64,000 nucleotides of DNA from positions 160,001 to 224,000 of the forward strand of contig OY970342.1 of NCBI GenBank assembly GCA_963717505.1, in the 5' to 3' direction. Positions within the stretch are counted from its first letter, which is position 1; each line of letters opens with the position of its first letter. The stretch is from Candidatus Eiseniibacteriota bacterium. Its GTDB lineage: Bacteria > Eisenbacteria > RBG-16-71-46. Under the pieces are notes generated by a model that was not told where the DNA came from, did no database searches, and was given only the letters and a program-made list of their open reading frames with translations. Below, one piece after another: positions 38,540-49,384 of the stretch. A program made the position numbers and the translations under genes.

Positions 38540-40087
38540 ATGACCAACACAGTGGCCTGCAGGATATTCACCGCGATCGCTGCATTGGCGATCGCCCTGG
38601 CCCTGGTGGCACCGGCCTCGGCCCAGCCGAGCGAGCGACGGTCCGCTTCGGAGCCCGACCCGCTCATCCCGATGATCCGCCGCACCGACCGTTACCTCCA
38701 GCGCCACGAGGTCGACGGCGTCGTCATGGACTGGCGCGTCGTGATCAACGCCTCCGAAGCCGCTCGGCTCTCAGTCGTTCCCCAACTCCTGGCCTATACC
38801 GAGCTCTACCGCGTCCGACCCTCGCGCCGGATCCGGCGCGACATCCGCGATCGTGCCGACTACCTGCTCGCGAACTACGATCTGCTCTATTCCGCGAGCG
38901 TGTTCAACGGCATGCTCGGCTATGCGTTCTTCGAGGCCTACGAGGCGACCGGCGACGAACGTTATTTGACGCAGGCGCTCGCGGTCATTGCCCAGCTCGA
39001 GGCGATCCCGCGCTCCCAGTACGTCCTGAATGGCGGGCTGATGGCGGCGATGGCGTTCGCCAAGCACCACGCGCTGACCGGCGACCCGGAGTCCCTGGAC
39101 CTGGCCGGCGTCGTACTGGCCTCGCTGCCGCCCTATCAACACGCGGACGGTTGCTTTCCGCACTGGTGCTTCGGCTCGAAGGACGTCCACTACACCGACT
39201 GGATGTCGACCGAGCTGATCTTGATCGACCGCTTGATCGATCACCCGCTGATCGACCCGATGCTCGATCAGATCGTGGGCTTCATGGAGCAGCGCGTCGG
39301 CACCGACGGGAACACCAGCTACGAAGCGCCGTGCGACGACTACGAGGGCTGCGTCCAGTACTACTACAGCATCGCCACTGGCTGTGACATCGACGTCGAT
39401 TCGCGGGCGTTCACCAACGAGCTGGGCTACAGCGCGCTGCTGTTCGACCGCGCGGGCTCGGAGCGCTTCCTGCCGGTCATGCGCTTCCTGGCCGCGCACG
39501 AGCGAGGCGGCACTTGGCGCGACAAGTGGGACCTGTGGCCGCCACCCGAGGACCCCTACTACGTCTGGACCGCGGCCGAGACCTCGGTGGTGAACACCAG
39601 CCTTATCTTCTGGTCGCTGGCCAGCACGCTGAGCGGTCGGCGCGACGACCCTTCCGCGATTGCCGATTGGGATCCCGACGATCCCGGCTTCGGGGCTGAC
39701 GACCCGGACTCGATCGTCATCGCACTCCGCCCGGGGGGTTCGGCGCCGTACGAGCCGTCTGCTCCCACTCCGCGTCCCTCGGCGGGCACCCCCACGGGAA
39801 CCGATGCCCAGGGACTGCGCATCGAGTCGGTGGCGCCGAACCCGGTGCGAACCGTATGCACGATCCGACTCAGCCTTCCGGCCGCGAGTGCGACCTCAGT
39901 GGTGCTCTACGACGCCGGCGGACGGCAGATTCGGCGAGTCCGCGACGGCATTCTGCCGCCGGGAATTCATCTCATCTCCTGGGACGGGCGCGACGACGAA
40001 GGCCGCCTATGCGACAGCGGCGTCTATTTCGTGCGCGTCACCGCCGGCGACAACTCCGACGCCGAGCGTTTCCTGGTCGTGCGTTGA
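38540..40087 (+). CDS. Secreted helical (alpha/alpha-toroid-like) protein with C-terminal FlgD-Ig domain
   Basis: Signal peptide ending ASA; 'AYEATGDERYL' and 'ALTGDPESL' hairpin repeats; PNP..YDAGGRQIR..WDGRDDEG..SGVYFVRV. Confidence 0.75.
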   Translation: MTNTVACRIFTAIAALAIALALVAPASAQPSERRSASEPDPLIPMIRRTDRYLQRHEVDGVVMDWRVVINASEAARLSVVPQLLAYTELYRVRPSRRIRRDIRDRADYLLANYDLLYSASVFNGMLGYAFFEAYEATGDERYLTQALAVIAQLEAIPRSQYVLNGGLMAAMAFAKHHALTGDPESLDLAGVVLASLPPYQHADGCFPHWCFGSKDVHYTDWMSTELILIDRLIDHPLIDPMLDQIVGFMEQRVGTDGNTSYEAPCDDYEGCVQYYYSIATGCDIDVDSRAFTNELGYSALLFDRAGSERFLPVMRFLAAHERGGTWRDKWDLWPPPEDPYYVWTAAETSVVNTSLIFWSLASTLSGRRDDPSAIADWDPDDPGFGADDPDSIVIALRPGGSAPYEPSAPTPRPSAGTPTGTDAQGLRIESVAPNPVRTVCTIRLSLPAASATSVVLYDAGGRQIRRVRDGILPPGIHLISWDGRDDEGRLCDSGVYFVRVTAGDNSDAERFLVVR

Positions 40088-40118
40088 GCGGACGCCGGCC
40101 CCGGTCCGCTCTCCACGC

Positions 40119-41531
40119 CTAGTCCCCGGCCGTCGCAGCCACGCTCGTCCCGACAGTCCCAGGCCCTCCGGCCACCGGCTGGAACTTCTGGTTCGGCTTC
40201 CCTTCCTCCCACGGACGGTACTCGAGCGCGTAGCGAACCCGCTCGATGAGCGGCGGGTGCGAGTAGCGGAACCACTTGATGACGAGCGGCGGTTCGGGAT
40301 TGGACTTGTTCTGCAGGCCGAGTTTCATGAACGCCCGAGCGCCGGCGTCGTTCATGTGGGTGACTTCGAGGGCGAAGGTGTCGGACTCGTGCTCGATGAA
40401 CCGCGAATAACTGCTGCTCAGCGGCTGGGCCAGCAGCCCGACCAGGCTCAGGGCGATCCCGAACAGGGGGATCGACGCCAGGTCGTGGAGTTCCGTGAAT
40501 CCCCAGCTCCCGCCGAATCGGCGAACGGCCCAGGTCATGAACACACCCGCGCCGAAGAACAACCCGAACGCCAGAATCGAGAAGAAGCCGATCCCCTTCC
40601 AGATGTGCCCGAGCCGGTAGTGGCCCATTTCGTGGCCCATGACGAACAGGATCTCGTCGGGCTCCATGCCCTCGAGGATCGTGTCCCACAGGACGATCCG
40701 CTGCGAGGCCCCCCAGCCGCTGACGTAGGCGTTGTACTTCTTGGTCTGCTTGCTCTTGTCGACTTCGTAGACGTTGCGTCCGGGGATGCCGGCCCGCCCG
40801 GCAAGGTCGAGGATCTGCTGCTTCAGCTCCTGGTTCTTGAGGGGCACGAACTTGTTGAACATCGGGTCGATGACCAGGGGCGTGAGCAGCGAGAAGATGA
40901 TGACGACCGGCACCGAGCCGATCGCCAGGTGGATCCACCACCGACGCGGGGACTTGCGGATCGCAAAGTAGGCGAGAGCCACGAGCCCGGTGCCGCCGAA
41001 CACGGCGATCCCGATGGCCAGGCCCTTGAGCTCGTCGCCAATCCAGGCTCCGAAGGACTGGTTCGAGAGGGCGTACTGGTGCTCGACCGCGAATCCCGAG
41101 TACCACGACAGAGGGAACGAAAGAACGAACGCGATCAGGCTGTAGAGGGTGAGGTAGATCAGGCCCCGCCCGTACAGGTTGGGCGCATGGCGGTGCGCGA
41201 AGTCCCGGATCCGGGCCGAGAGCCGGGTGAACAGGAACAAGAGGCCGACCAGGATCCCGTAGAGAGTCCCGCCTACGTCGAGGACGACCTGGGTGGTCCA
41301 GTAGTTACGGGCCTCCGGGGTGTAGTTGGCCCGAACTTCGGTCAGGTAGTCGCGCGTCGAGGATTCGGACGGCGCCGCCGCGGCCGAATCGGCCATCGTG
41401 GTCGAGACCTGGGCCGGGTCCCCCCCTCCCGAAGCGGGGTTCTGCGCGATCGCGAAAGATGCCGAACTGATCAGTGCAAGCGCTGCGACGATCACGAGTC
41501 TGATCGCACGAGTTGCGGGCTCACGTCTCAT
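40119..41531 (-). CDS. M48 family (Ste24-like) membrane zinc metalloprotease
   Basis: NAYVSG..RIVLWDT, HEMGH, EHESD, YSHPP..ERV; several TM helices. Confidence 0.92.
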   Translation of the reverse strand: MRREPATRAIRLVIVAALALISSASFAIAQNPASGGGDPAQVSTTMADSAAAAPSESSTRDYLTEVRANYTPEARNYWTTQVVLDVGGTLYGILVGLLFLFTRLSARIRDFAHRHAPNLYGRGLIYLTLYSLIAFVLSFPLSWYSGFAVEHQYALSNQSFGAWIGDELKGLAIGIAVFGGTGLVALAYFAIRKSPRRWWIHLAIGSVPVVIIFSLLTPLVIDPMFNKFVPLKNQELKQQILDLAGRAGIPGRNVYEVDKSKQTKKYNAYVSGWGASQRIVLWDTILEGMEPDEILFVMGHEMGHYRLGHIWKGIGFFSILAFGLFFGAGVFMTWAVRRFGGSWGFTELHDLASIPLFGIALSLVGLLAQPLSSSYSRFIEHESDTFALEVTHMNDAGARAFMKLGLQNKSNPEPPLVIKWFRYSHPPLIERVRYALEYRPWEEGKPNQKFQPVAGGPGTVGTSVAATAGD

Positions 41532-41919
41532 CGTGGGGGTCTCCGAGATCCGTGTTCGGTTGGCCGAAAGATCGGATTCCTATTTCGAACCACACTCGAA
41601 AGAAATTTTCGAACTACCGGACCCGGAGACCGTAGTCGGAGGAAGCCGGGTGCACAAGGGTCCTCCGCGGACGAAGGAAAAGAAACGTCGCAAGCAAAAA
41701 AGCTGCACGGCGAAGCAAGACCTTGGGGTAAAGTCGTTGCGGCGCGAACGTCACGGACGGGAAACCCGGGACGGGAATGCCAATCAACGGCCCACGCCGT
41801 TACAGCGATCGGATCCGTCGTATTGAGGCCCGGCCAGCCTGTGCCGCAATCGGGCCTGCCGGCGTCCGATCCCCCGACGAGGCTATGCTTGGCAGGGCGT
41901 AGTGGTCGGGTTCGAAAGT

Positions 41920-41951
41920 GAAAAGACGCGGTCCCGAGACCGCGTCTTTTC
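41920..41951 (-). terminator. Rho-independent terminator (potentially bidirectional)
   Basis: GAAAAGACGCGGTC-ccga-GACCGCGTCTTTTC perfect stem with U tracts both ways, 40 bp after the stop at 41991. Confidence 0.85.
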
Positions 41952-41990
41952 CTTTTCCCCGGAACCCCACCGCAGTCGAGGCTGCGCGAA

Positions 41991-42710
41991 CTACTCGGCG
42001 GCGACGATGCGCCGCGTATGAATGGTGGGCCCGATTCGCGCCCGCAACAGGTAGACGCCGCGTTCGAGGCGACGTCCCACGTCGTCGCGGAAGTTCCAGA
42101 TGTAGTTCTGGACTCCGCCGGCGATCTGGCCGTCCTCGAGAATTCGAACGCGTCGGCCGGTCACATCGAAGATCTCGATCTGGACGTCGTCCTCGTAGGC
42201 CATCTTGAGCGTGAACTGGGTCGAGCCGCGCGCGGGATTGGGCCACACCTGCGACAACTCGACCGGAGGCCCGAGCGACTGGACCGAGGTCGTGCCGCCA
42301 TCCCAATAGGCGATGTTGGAGATCGCAGACCAGTTCGGTCTCTCATCGCTGGTCTTGACCGCGAAATAGTAGCCCACCCCCGATTCCAGGCCGTTCACCA
42401 ACACCTGCATCATCGAACCAGGCAGGCCGGGGCTGAGAAGGAAGTTCACCTTTGTGGCGTTGATGAAATTGGACTGCGTGATCGGGTTGCGGGAGTAGCG
42501 GAGGTCGAATTTCGATGCGGTGCCGACGTGACCGTCGTCGCCCGGAGTGGTCCACATCACGAGGACGCCGGCGGCATTCGGTTCGTTGGTGTTGCTCGAG
42601 GGTTGGGTGGGGTTACTCGAGAGGTTCGTGACGTTGTTCGAAGGATCGCTGGCCCAGGCCACCGCCGGGACTGCGAGTCCCAGCAGCAGGATGAATTGGC
42701 AAGAACGCAT
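41991..42710 (-). CDS. Small secreted FN3-domain protein with C-terminal FlgD-Ig domain
   Basis: Signal peptide; WTTPGDDG..GTASKFDLRYS..GL..YYFAVKT.DE; WPNP..FDVTGRRVR. Confidence 0.82.
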   Translation of the reverse strand: MRSCQFILLLGLAVPAVAWASDPSNNVTNLSSNPTQPSSNTNEPNAAGVLVMWTTPGDDGHVGTASKFDLRYSRNPITQSNFINATKVNFLLSPGLPGSMMQVLVNGLESGVGYYFAVKTSDERPNWSAISNIAYWDGGTTSVQSLGPPVELSQVWPNPARGSTQFTLKMAYEDDVQIEIFDVTGRRVRILEDGQIAGGVQNYIWNFRDDVGRRLERGVYLLRARIGPTIHTRRIVAAE

Positions 42711-43051
42711 GACGCCTCCCATTGCCTTGGGGCAATCGGCCGGGTTCCCCGGAAGTATTCGGATTTGAGGCGTCGGAGCGGCAAACGCATCCTGCGTAAT
42801 ATCGCCTCGACGCAACTGCACGCTCGGGCGTGCAGCAACGCGGGCCGTTGCCGCGAATGGAAAGCGGGGGACAGGATCCTTCCTTGCGCGGGCGGGTCCG
42901 CGGTGCCATCGGTTCTTCGAAGGCAACGCAGGTATACACAACGGGCCCGCACCTGTCGAAGATTTTTTCAGTGTTTCTGTTCCGTGCCTGTGAAGTGTTT
43001 AGAAACATTCGACCTGGATGGCCATTGTTTAGCCTTCGGGTTACATCGTGC

Positions 43052-44458
43052 TCAGCGAGCGACCACGATTCGACGGCTCACGGACTCCTCGTTCACCGCG
43101 GCACGAGCCAGGTAGACCCCGGGGGCCACGCGACGTCCGTCGCGGTCTTCGAGATTCCAAAGGAGCCTGGTGCGTCCGGCAGAAAACCGGCCATGCGCCA
43201 GCATCGCGATTCGCCGGCCCGAAAGGTCGAAGACCTCGACGCGGCCCTCGGCAGCACTCGCCAGCGTGAGATCGAATCGCACCGACGTGCGTGCCGGGCT
43301 CGGCATCGGGGCACCGAGTTCCAAAGCGGCCGAAGTCGGTGCGCCGGAAACTCCGGTCACATCGTCGTCGAGACCGTCGAACACCACCACGGCCGGAGGC
43401 AGGCCGACGGCGAGTGGGCCCGCGATCGGGGCGTCGTTGGCCGCCGAATACACGTAGACCCCGGGGGCAGTGAATCCGTTGTTGCACACGTAGAGCTCGC
43501 CGCGGTCATTGAGCGCGCAGTCGGGCAGACTGAAGCCACCCGGATTCGACAGGGTTCCGGTCCTGAGGCCGTTGGCCGGGTTCCACGAGATGAGCAGCGT
43601 GTTGAACGACGCGTCGCTCACGATCGCGTAGGCGTGGGTCGAGGTGTGCCACTCGAGGTCGCCCAAGTCCCCTCCCAGCGCGGCCTCGGTCGCGCTGACC
43701 CCCACTGACGTGAGCTGATTCGGATCGATGACCGCGACGCCACCGTCGAGCGCTCCAAACCTGCCGACGCAGCCCAGGTGAAAACGCCTCGCGACCGGAT
43801 CCCACGCGAACTGGGTCACCGGATTCGTCAGCGGCAGCACGATCGCCTGGACACCCGGCAGCGTCGGATTCGCGTCCACCACCTGGTCGGTCTCCGTGTC
43901 GATGACCGCGACCAGGCTGGTGTCGGTTGGCTGGAATCCGCCGTTGCGGTCGAGGCGCTGGAGCGCCACGAACAACCAGCGTCCGAAGCGGCCCATACGA
44001 TCCGCCTCAGGGATACCGTCGGCATCGGCGAAGGCCGAGAGGTCGATGGTCGGTCCCAGGGTGCCGGCGTCGGGATTCACGATGCGCAGGAACGAAGTGC
44101 CGTAGAGCGACACGTAGGCCTTGTCGGGTGCAACCAACACGATGTCGGACGGATTGGCGCCGTTCCCGAGCGAGAACTGGCGCAGCGTGCCGTAGCCGGC
44201 CGCCGCGTCGATGACCTGGACATTGTCGGCGCCGAAGCGATTGAGAACGTAGAGCTTGCCGAACGCCCATCGGGCGCGGGCGTCCGAGTGAACGGTGGCG
44301 ACGTCCGCCGACACCGCCCGGCTCGTCAGATTCACGGCGCTGAGCCCGCCGGTGACGAAGTCGGAGGTCAGCACCAGCGCACGACTCTGGGCGGCCTGGG
44401 CCGGCGGTACGCCGGCGGCGAACACAATGGCGGCGAGAAGCATGAGTTTCCGGTACAT
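43052..44458 (-). CDS. Secreted YncE/BtuG-like beta-propeller with C-terminal FlgD-Ig domain (putative cobalamin-binding)
   Basis: Signal peptide ending AQA; LYVLNRFGADNVQVID, GANPSDI..KAYVSLY, LFVALQRLD blades; directly downstream of btuB-like gene. Confidence 0.78.
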   Translation of the reverse strand: MYRKLMLLAAIVFAAGVPPAQAAQSRALVLTSDFVTGGLSAVNLTSRAVSADVATVHSDARARWAFGKLYVLNRFGADNVQVIDAAAGYGTLRQFSLGNGANPSDIVLVAPDKAYVSLYGTSFLRIVNPDAGTLGPTIDLSAFADADGIPEADRMGRFGRWLFVALQRLDRNGGFQPTDTSLVAVIDTETDQVVDANPTLPGVQAIVLPLTNPVTQFAWDPVARRFHLGCVGRFGALDGGVAVIDPNQLTSVGVSATEAALGGDLGDLEWHTSTHAYAIVSDASFNTLLISWNPANGLRTGTLSNPGGFSLPDCALNDRGELYVCNNGFTAPGVYVYSAANDAPIAGPLAVGLPPAVVVFDGLDDDVTGVSGAPTSAALELGAPMPSPARTSVRFDLTLASAAEGRVEVFDLSGRRIAMLAHGRFSAGRTRLLWNLEDRDGRRVAPGVYLARAAVNEESVSRRIVVAR

Positions 44459-44531
44459 GGCGCAGGTTTCTCCCTTGAGTGTTCGAAGATGGAGGGAATG
44501 GGTCACTGAGGCCGCGGATCGGAACTCGTTC

Positions 44532-46531
44532 TCATGGCGCAGGCCCGACACGGGCCTCGCATGCGGCGTAGATCGAGCGACCGGGCAACGGATAGCCGAG
44601 CACGTCATAGGAATGGACGTCGCCGAGATTCCGGCCTTCGAGCACGAACTCGAGCCCCGGAGTCAGGCGCCAGGATCCGCCGGCCCCGATCAATGCGCGG
44701 GCCGGGACCGACGTGCGGTTCGAGGGATCGAGATAGGTGAGGCTCGTGAAATCGACGTCGGTGAACAGGCCGAGGCGAGCCCAGCTGCCATCGAGCCGCC
44801 CGTAGATCCGGCTCCCGGGACGGCCGGGGAGCTGCTTTCCGATCCACGGCGCCCAGGTGCCGGCGTCGACCGCGCGCTGGCCGGTCCAGGCAAAGGTGGC
44901 GCTCAACCCGGCCCACGCCGAGGCGCGTGCCGAGACTTCGTCGCCTTCGATGCGCACGCTCGCCACGTTGGTCGGCCGAACGCTGGCCTGGGTCGGTCGG
45001 TAGAGAATCATGTCCTCGCCCCGGCTCTCGAAGTGGGCGTACTCGACCTCGGCCCAGGGACTGCCCGAACCGCCCACCCGGAGCACGACCGCCCGCGTCC
45101 CAGGTGCGCACGTGCTCGGGCTCGAGCGCGAGATTGCCGAGCACGCTCCCCTGGTTGCCGAACAGCTCGCCGAACTCGGGCGCACGCCAGGCGTCGGTCC
45201 AGTTGCCGCGCAGCTCGAGACCACGGGCGAGACGGATTCGCGCCCCGAGCTGAGGTGTGTCGATCTCGCGCGTAACGTCGGACTGGAAGGGAATCCCGGC
45301 GGTGCCGAGGCCGCGAATCTCGTCGGCAATGCGGTCCCAGCGCCGGGCGGCGTGCAGGAGGATCCGATCGACCGGGCTCGCTTCGACGATCACGGCCGCG
45401 CCCCAGCCCTCGCGAACGCTCTCCGGCGGATCGGCGTAGGAGTCGGCCTCGTTCGTGACCTGGGCGCGCTCGGCGCGATAGGACCCCGACGCTCTTACCG
45501 AGAGTCCGGCCGGCAGTCGATCCCAGCCGACCTCGGCGCCGACCTGCTCGCCCGAGAATCGGTCGTCGGAGTCGATCCGCCCCCAGCCCAGCTCGCCCAG
45601 CGGGTCTTCGAACTGCGAGCGCTCGCGACGCAGTCCGGCCTGGACATGAACGCCGGGCTCGAGCCCCTCGCCGCGGCGATCCAGCGTGAGTCGGGTCATC
45701 CAGCGCTCGAGGAACTCCTCGGCCTCGTGCGTCGTGATCGCTCCTCGACCCGGGAAGCCTTGCTCGCGGCGAAACCAGTCCTGGCGAAGTCCAACCTCGA
45801 ACCGGCGCGGTCCCCCCCACGCGAGGGCCGCGATCCCGTGGCTCGCCGAGAACTGATTGTTGGCGCGCGCGAAGGTGCTGTCGTCGGCCGGATTGAACGG
45901 CGTGCCGTTGTCGTCGAGGTAGTCGAAGTCGCCGCGTGATTCCTGATGGCCGGCGTTGACGTCGAACGTCAGGCGTCCGCGCCGGGCGCCGGCCAGACCG
46001 CGCGCTTCCCAGGTGCCGAACGAGCCGCCGGCCGCACGTACGTCGAGTCCGCGCGCGTGCGGAAGCGTCACCAGATTGATCGCCCCGGCCGGCGCCGGCA
46101 GGCCGAAGCCGAGCGGCACCGGTCCGCGATAGACCTCGATGCCCTCGAGTGCCGCGGCCGGAACGTCGCCCAGGCTCACCACCGAACCGGCGGCCGACTG
46201 GAGCGGCTCGCCGTCGATCAGCACGCCGACCTGGCTCGCCGGCGCGCCGCGCAAGGTCACGGTACTGAAGGCGCCGAGTCCTCCGTTCTGGACCACGCGC
46301 AAACCGGCGGCGCGCGCGAGTGCCAGACGGCAGCGACGAAACCGCGGTGCCCGGCGAGCGAACGTCGAGGTCCGAGACGAATCCGGTGGGTTGGCGAAGC
46401 TCGGCGGCAGAGCGCGGGCGGTCGCGCTCGACTCGAACCTCGGGGAGCAGGAGCACCGTGTCGCCGGGTGCGGTGGCCGGGGAGTCGGCGACGGCTGCGG
46501 TGAAGATCAGCAGCAGCCCGGAAACGATCAT
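44532..46531 (-). CDS. btuB: TonB-dependent receptor, probable cobalamin transporter (two apparent +1 frameshifts near 46325 and 45084)
   Basis: LPEVRV TonB-box-like; plug motifs VTLRG..VLIDG..IEVYRG..GAINLVT; RAPEFGELF, NLALEPE, GRNLGD..YPLPGR; cobalamin riboswitch upstream. Confidence 0.82.
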
Positions 46532-46644
46532 GGCGTCGCGCGCGCCTCAATCGAAACGGCCCCTCGTTGATTCGAAGAGGAGCCGGAAGGGAGCGCGGAC
46601 GCTCCGCCGCCGGCACCTTCTCGCGAAGCGCCGTGGTCGTGTTG

Positions 46645-46759
46645 CTTCCGGGCAGGTTTCCTGGCTCAGGGCCGTTGAGGACCCATTCACAGTGGCGGGA
46701 CCGCGGGGGTTTCGCACCCCTCTTCCCTATTACCCCACTCGATGCGGGCACCCGGAAGA
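46645..46759 (-). promoter_or_regulatory. Cobalamin riboswitch
   Basis: Minus strand reads GGTGC..AATAGGGAAG..GGTGCGAAACC..CGCGGTCCCGCCACTGTGA..AGCCAGGAAACCTGCC, closed by CTTCCGGG/CCCGGAAG. Confidence 0.93.
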
Positions 46760-46904
46760 TTTCGTCGACAAGGTGCGCTTCGCGCGTCGCGGCAGGTCAA
46801 GTGGATTCGCGCGCGCGTCGGGAGCGCATCGGTCGCAAGAGAATCGCGTTCGAGCACCCGTGGGCAATTGGACAGCGCCATGGCGAGGCGCGAAACTGCG
46901 GAAC

Positions 46905-47402
46905 ATGACGAACCGAGAACCCATCGACCCCGGCGTCACGATCGGTCACGTCCATCTGAAGGTGGCCGATCTCGATCGCGCGCTGGCGTTCTACAACGGC
47001 GTCCTCGGTTTCGAGGTCACGGCGCGGTTGCCGGCCGCGGCGTTCCTGTCCGCGGGCGGCTATCACCATCACATCGGGCTCAACACCTGGGAGAGCCGAG
47101 GCGGCTCGCCGCCGCCGCGCGGCACCACCGGTCTCTATCACGTCGCGATTCTCTATCCGAGTCGCAAGGCTTTGGCGGTTGCCCTGCGGCGACTCGATGC
47201 TGCCGGCATTTCACTCGACGGAGCGTCGGATCACGGCGTCAGCGAGGCGCTCTACCTCCACGATCCCGACGGCAACGGGCTCGAGTTGTATCGCGATCGA
47301 CCACGCGCCGAATGGCCGCGTGACGAGGGCGGCGGCTTTCGAATGATTTCAGAGCCGCTCGACGTCGAAGCCTTGCTGCGCGAAGCCCCCGCGACCGGCT
47401 GA
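46905..47402 (+). CDS. VOC/glyoxalase family protein (CatE-like)
   Basis: IGHVHLKVADL, GGYHHHIGLNTWES, GLYHVAI, DHGVSEALYLHDPDGNGLELY. Confidence 0.9.
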   Translation: MTNREPIDPGVTIGHVHLKVADLDRALAFYNGVLGFEVTARLPAAAFLSAGGYHHHIGLNTWESRGGSPPPRGTTGLYHVAILYPSRKALAVALRRLDAAGISLDGASDHGVSEALYLHDPDGNGLELYRDRPRAEWPRDEGGGFRMISEPLDVEALLREAPATG

Positions 47403-47528
47403 GCATTCCCCCTCGGGCTGACCGCGGCCTTCGAGGACCCAGGGTTCAGACCGCCGGCTGGAGCAGCCCCAGAGAAACGCCGACAACAGGGGGCATGCCT
47501 TCCACGACCCTCCCCGCCCCCGAGACCC

Positions 47529-49384
47529 ATGTCCGGTCGCTCGTGGCTTCGGCATTTCGGCCTGCTCGGCGTGCTCGCGGTCGGCATCGGTGTCGTGCGG
47601 GCCGCTCAGCTCGCCTGGATCAGCGACGACGCCTATATCTCGTTTCGCTACGCACGCAACCTCGTCGACGGGCTCGGGCTGGTCTACAACGCCGGGGAGC
47701 GGGTCGAGGGCTACACGAACTTCCTGTGGACGGTCTGGTGCGCGCTCGGGCTGCGACTCGGTGTCTCGGCCGAAGCCTGGGCGAACGCGACCAGCATCGC
47801 GTGCTTCGCGGCGACCATCGCGCTACTGGCTCGGCTTTCGGCGCGTCGGACGGCCGACCTCGGCTTCGCCGCACCGTTTCCGCTCGCGGCGCTATGGGTC
47901 GCCCTGCAGCCCGATGCCGGCGTGTTCGCGACCAGCGGACTCGAAACCTCGCTCTTCACGTTGCTCGTGGTCGCGGGCTACACCGCGCTGGTCGGACTCG
48001 GCGGCTCCACGGATGTGAGGCGATCGGCTGCCGCCGCGGCCTTCATGGGGCTGGCATGCCTCACCCGTCCGGACGGAGTCGTCTTCGCATGCTCGGGGGC
48101 GGCTACGTGCTGCTCGTGGCGCGGCCGCGGGCCCGCGCGGCGCTGGTCTACGGCGCGGTGCTGGCCGCGATCGGAGCGCCGTTCGCATGGTGGAAGCTCG
48201 CTTACTACGGCGATCTCCTGCCCAACACCTTCTACGCCAAGTCGGCCATGATTCCCTGGTGGGATCAAGGCTGGGCCTACGCGTGGCTCTACTTCAGCAA
48301 GTACCCGCCCATGATCGTGGGGCCGGTGCTGGTGTTGCTGCTCGCGGTCCTCGGGCGCAGCCGGCGCCCGGCATCGGAGCCGGGATCCTCATCCCCGATG
48401 TCGGCCCCTGGCTCCGGGGTCTTCGGTCCCGCGCTGTTGGCCACGGCGTTCGCGCTGGCCTACACGCTCTACGTGATTCGGGTCGGCGGCGATTTCATGT
48501 TCGCGCGCCTGCTGATCCCGGCCACGCCGTTCTACGCGCTCGCGGCCGAACTTGGACTCGCGGCGTTTGCCTGGCGCGCCGTCCCCCGACGCGCCGCAGT
48601 CGCCTTCGCGATTCCGGGAGTCCTGGCGCTGGCTGCGATTGGGCTGGCGCGCGATCCGTTCGACGACGTCGGCTGGGTGCGCGGCATCGTGAACGAGCGC
48701 GCCTACTACAAGGCTCGGGATCGCGAACGGATGGCCCAGGAGGGCAAGGATCTGCGTGAGCTGACGCGCGGACTGCCGGTGCGCGCCGCGATCGTGTGCG
48801 AGCAGGCGATCTCGGCCTACTACTCGGAGATTCCGGTGGTGTTCGAGGCGTGCGCCGGTCTGACCGACTCGGCGATCGCCCACCAGAGGATCGAGAAGCG
48901 CGGCCGGGTCGGACACGAGAAGAAGCCGAGCCTCGATTACCTCATCGAGTACCGGCGCGCCCACTTCAACATCGGCGCTCATCCCGGACTCGACCAGTTG
49001 CTGGGCCCGCACATCCCGGTGATCCGGCTCCGCTATCGGACCGCCTTGGCCACGCTGCTGACCTGGGATCCCGAGCTGATGGAGGAGTTCCGGCGACGGG
49101 GTGCCGAGTTCGAGGACTTCTCGGCCTCGCTCGATGACTTCATCGCCGACATGCCGAGGTACTCGGATTCGACGGTGGCGGGGATCTACGCCCGGGCGAA
49201 ACGCTTCTACTTCTCGGGCGTGGAAGACCCGCGGCGCGAAGCGCCCTTCCTGCAGCGACTGGCTCGCGACGGGCGACTTGCCGAAGTGGGCGGCTCCGCA
49301 TCGACCGTGGCGTCGGCCGAGTCGATACCGGATTGCCCTTGCGACGGTTTCGCTGGAGCGTCGACGCGCCCTAGCGATAGGTGA
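47529..49384 (+). CDS. Polytopic membrane protein, GT-C/arabinofuranosyltransferase-like (frameshift near 48090)
   Basis: DDAYISFRYARNL..G.GLVYN.GERVEGYTNFLW, SGLET, LTRPDG in first frame; YYGDLLPNTFYAK, VGGDFM..R, GLTD..IAH, GHEK in second. Confidence 0.8.

Noticed and set aside
41532-41919. Long intergenic region as hidden gene or riboswitch
   Set aside because: No RBS-supported ORF or known aptamer motif seen; likely promoter region of the M48 gene
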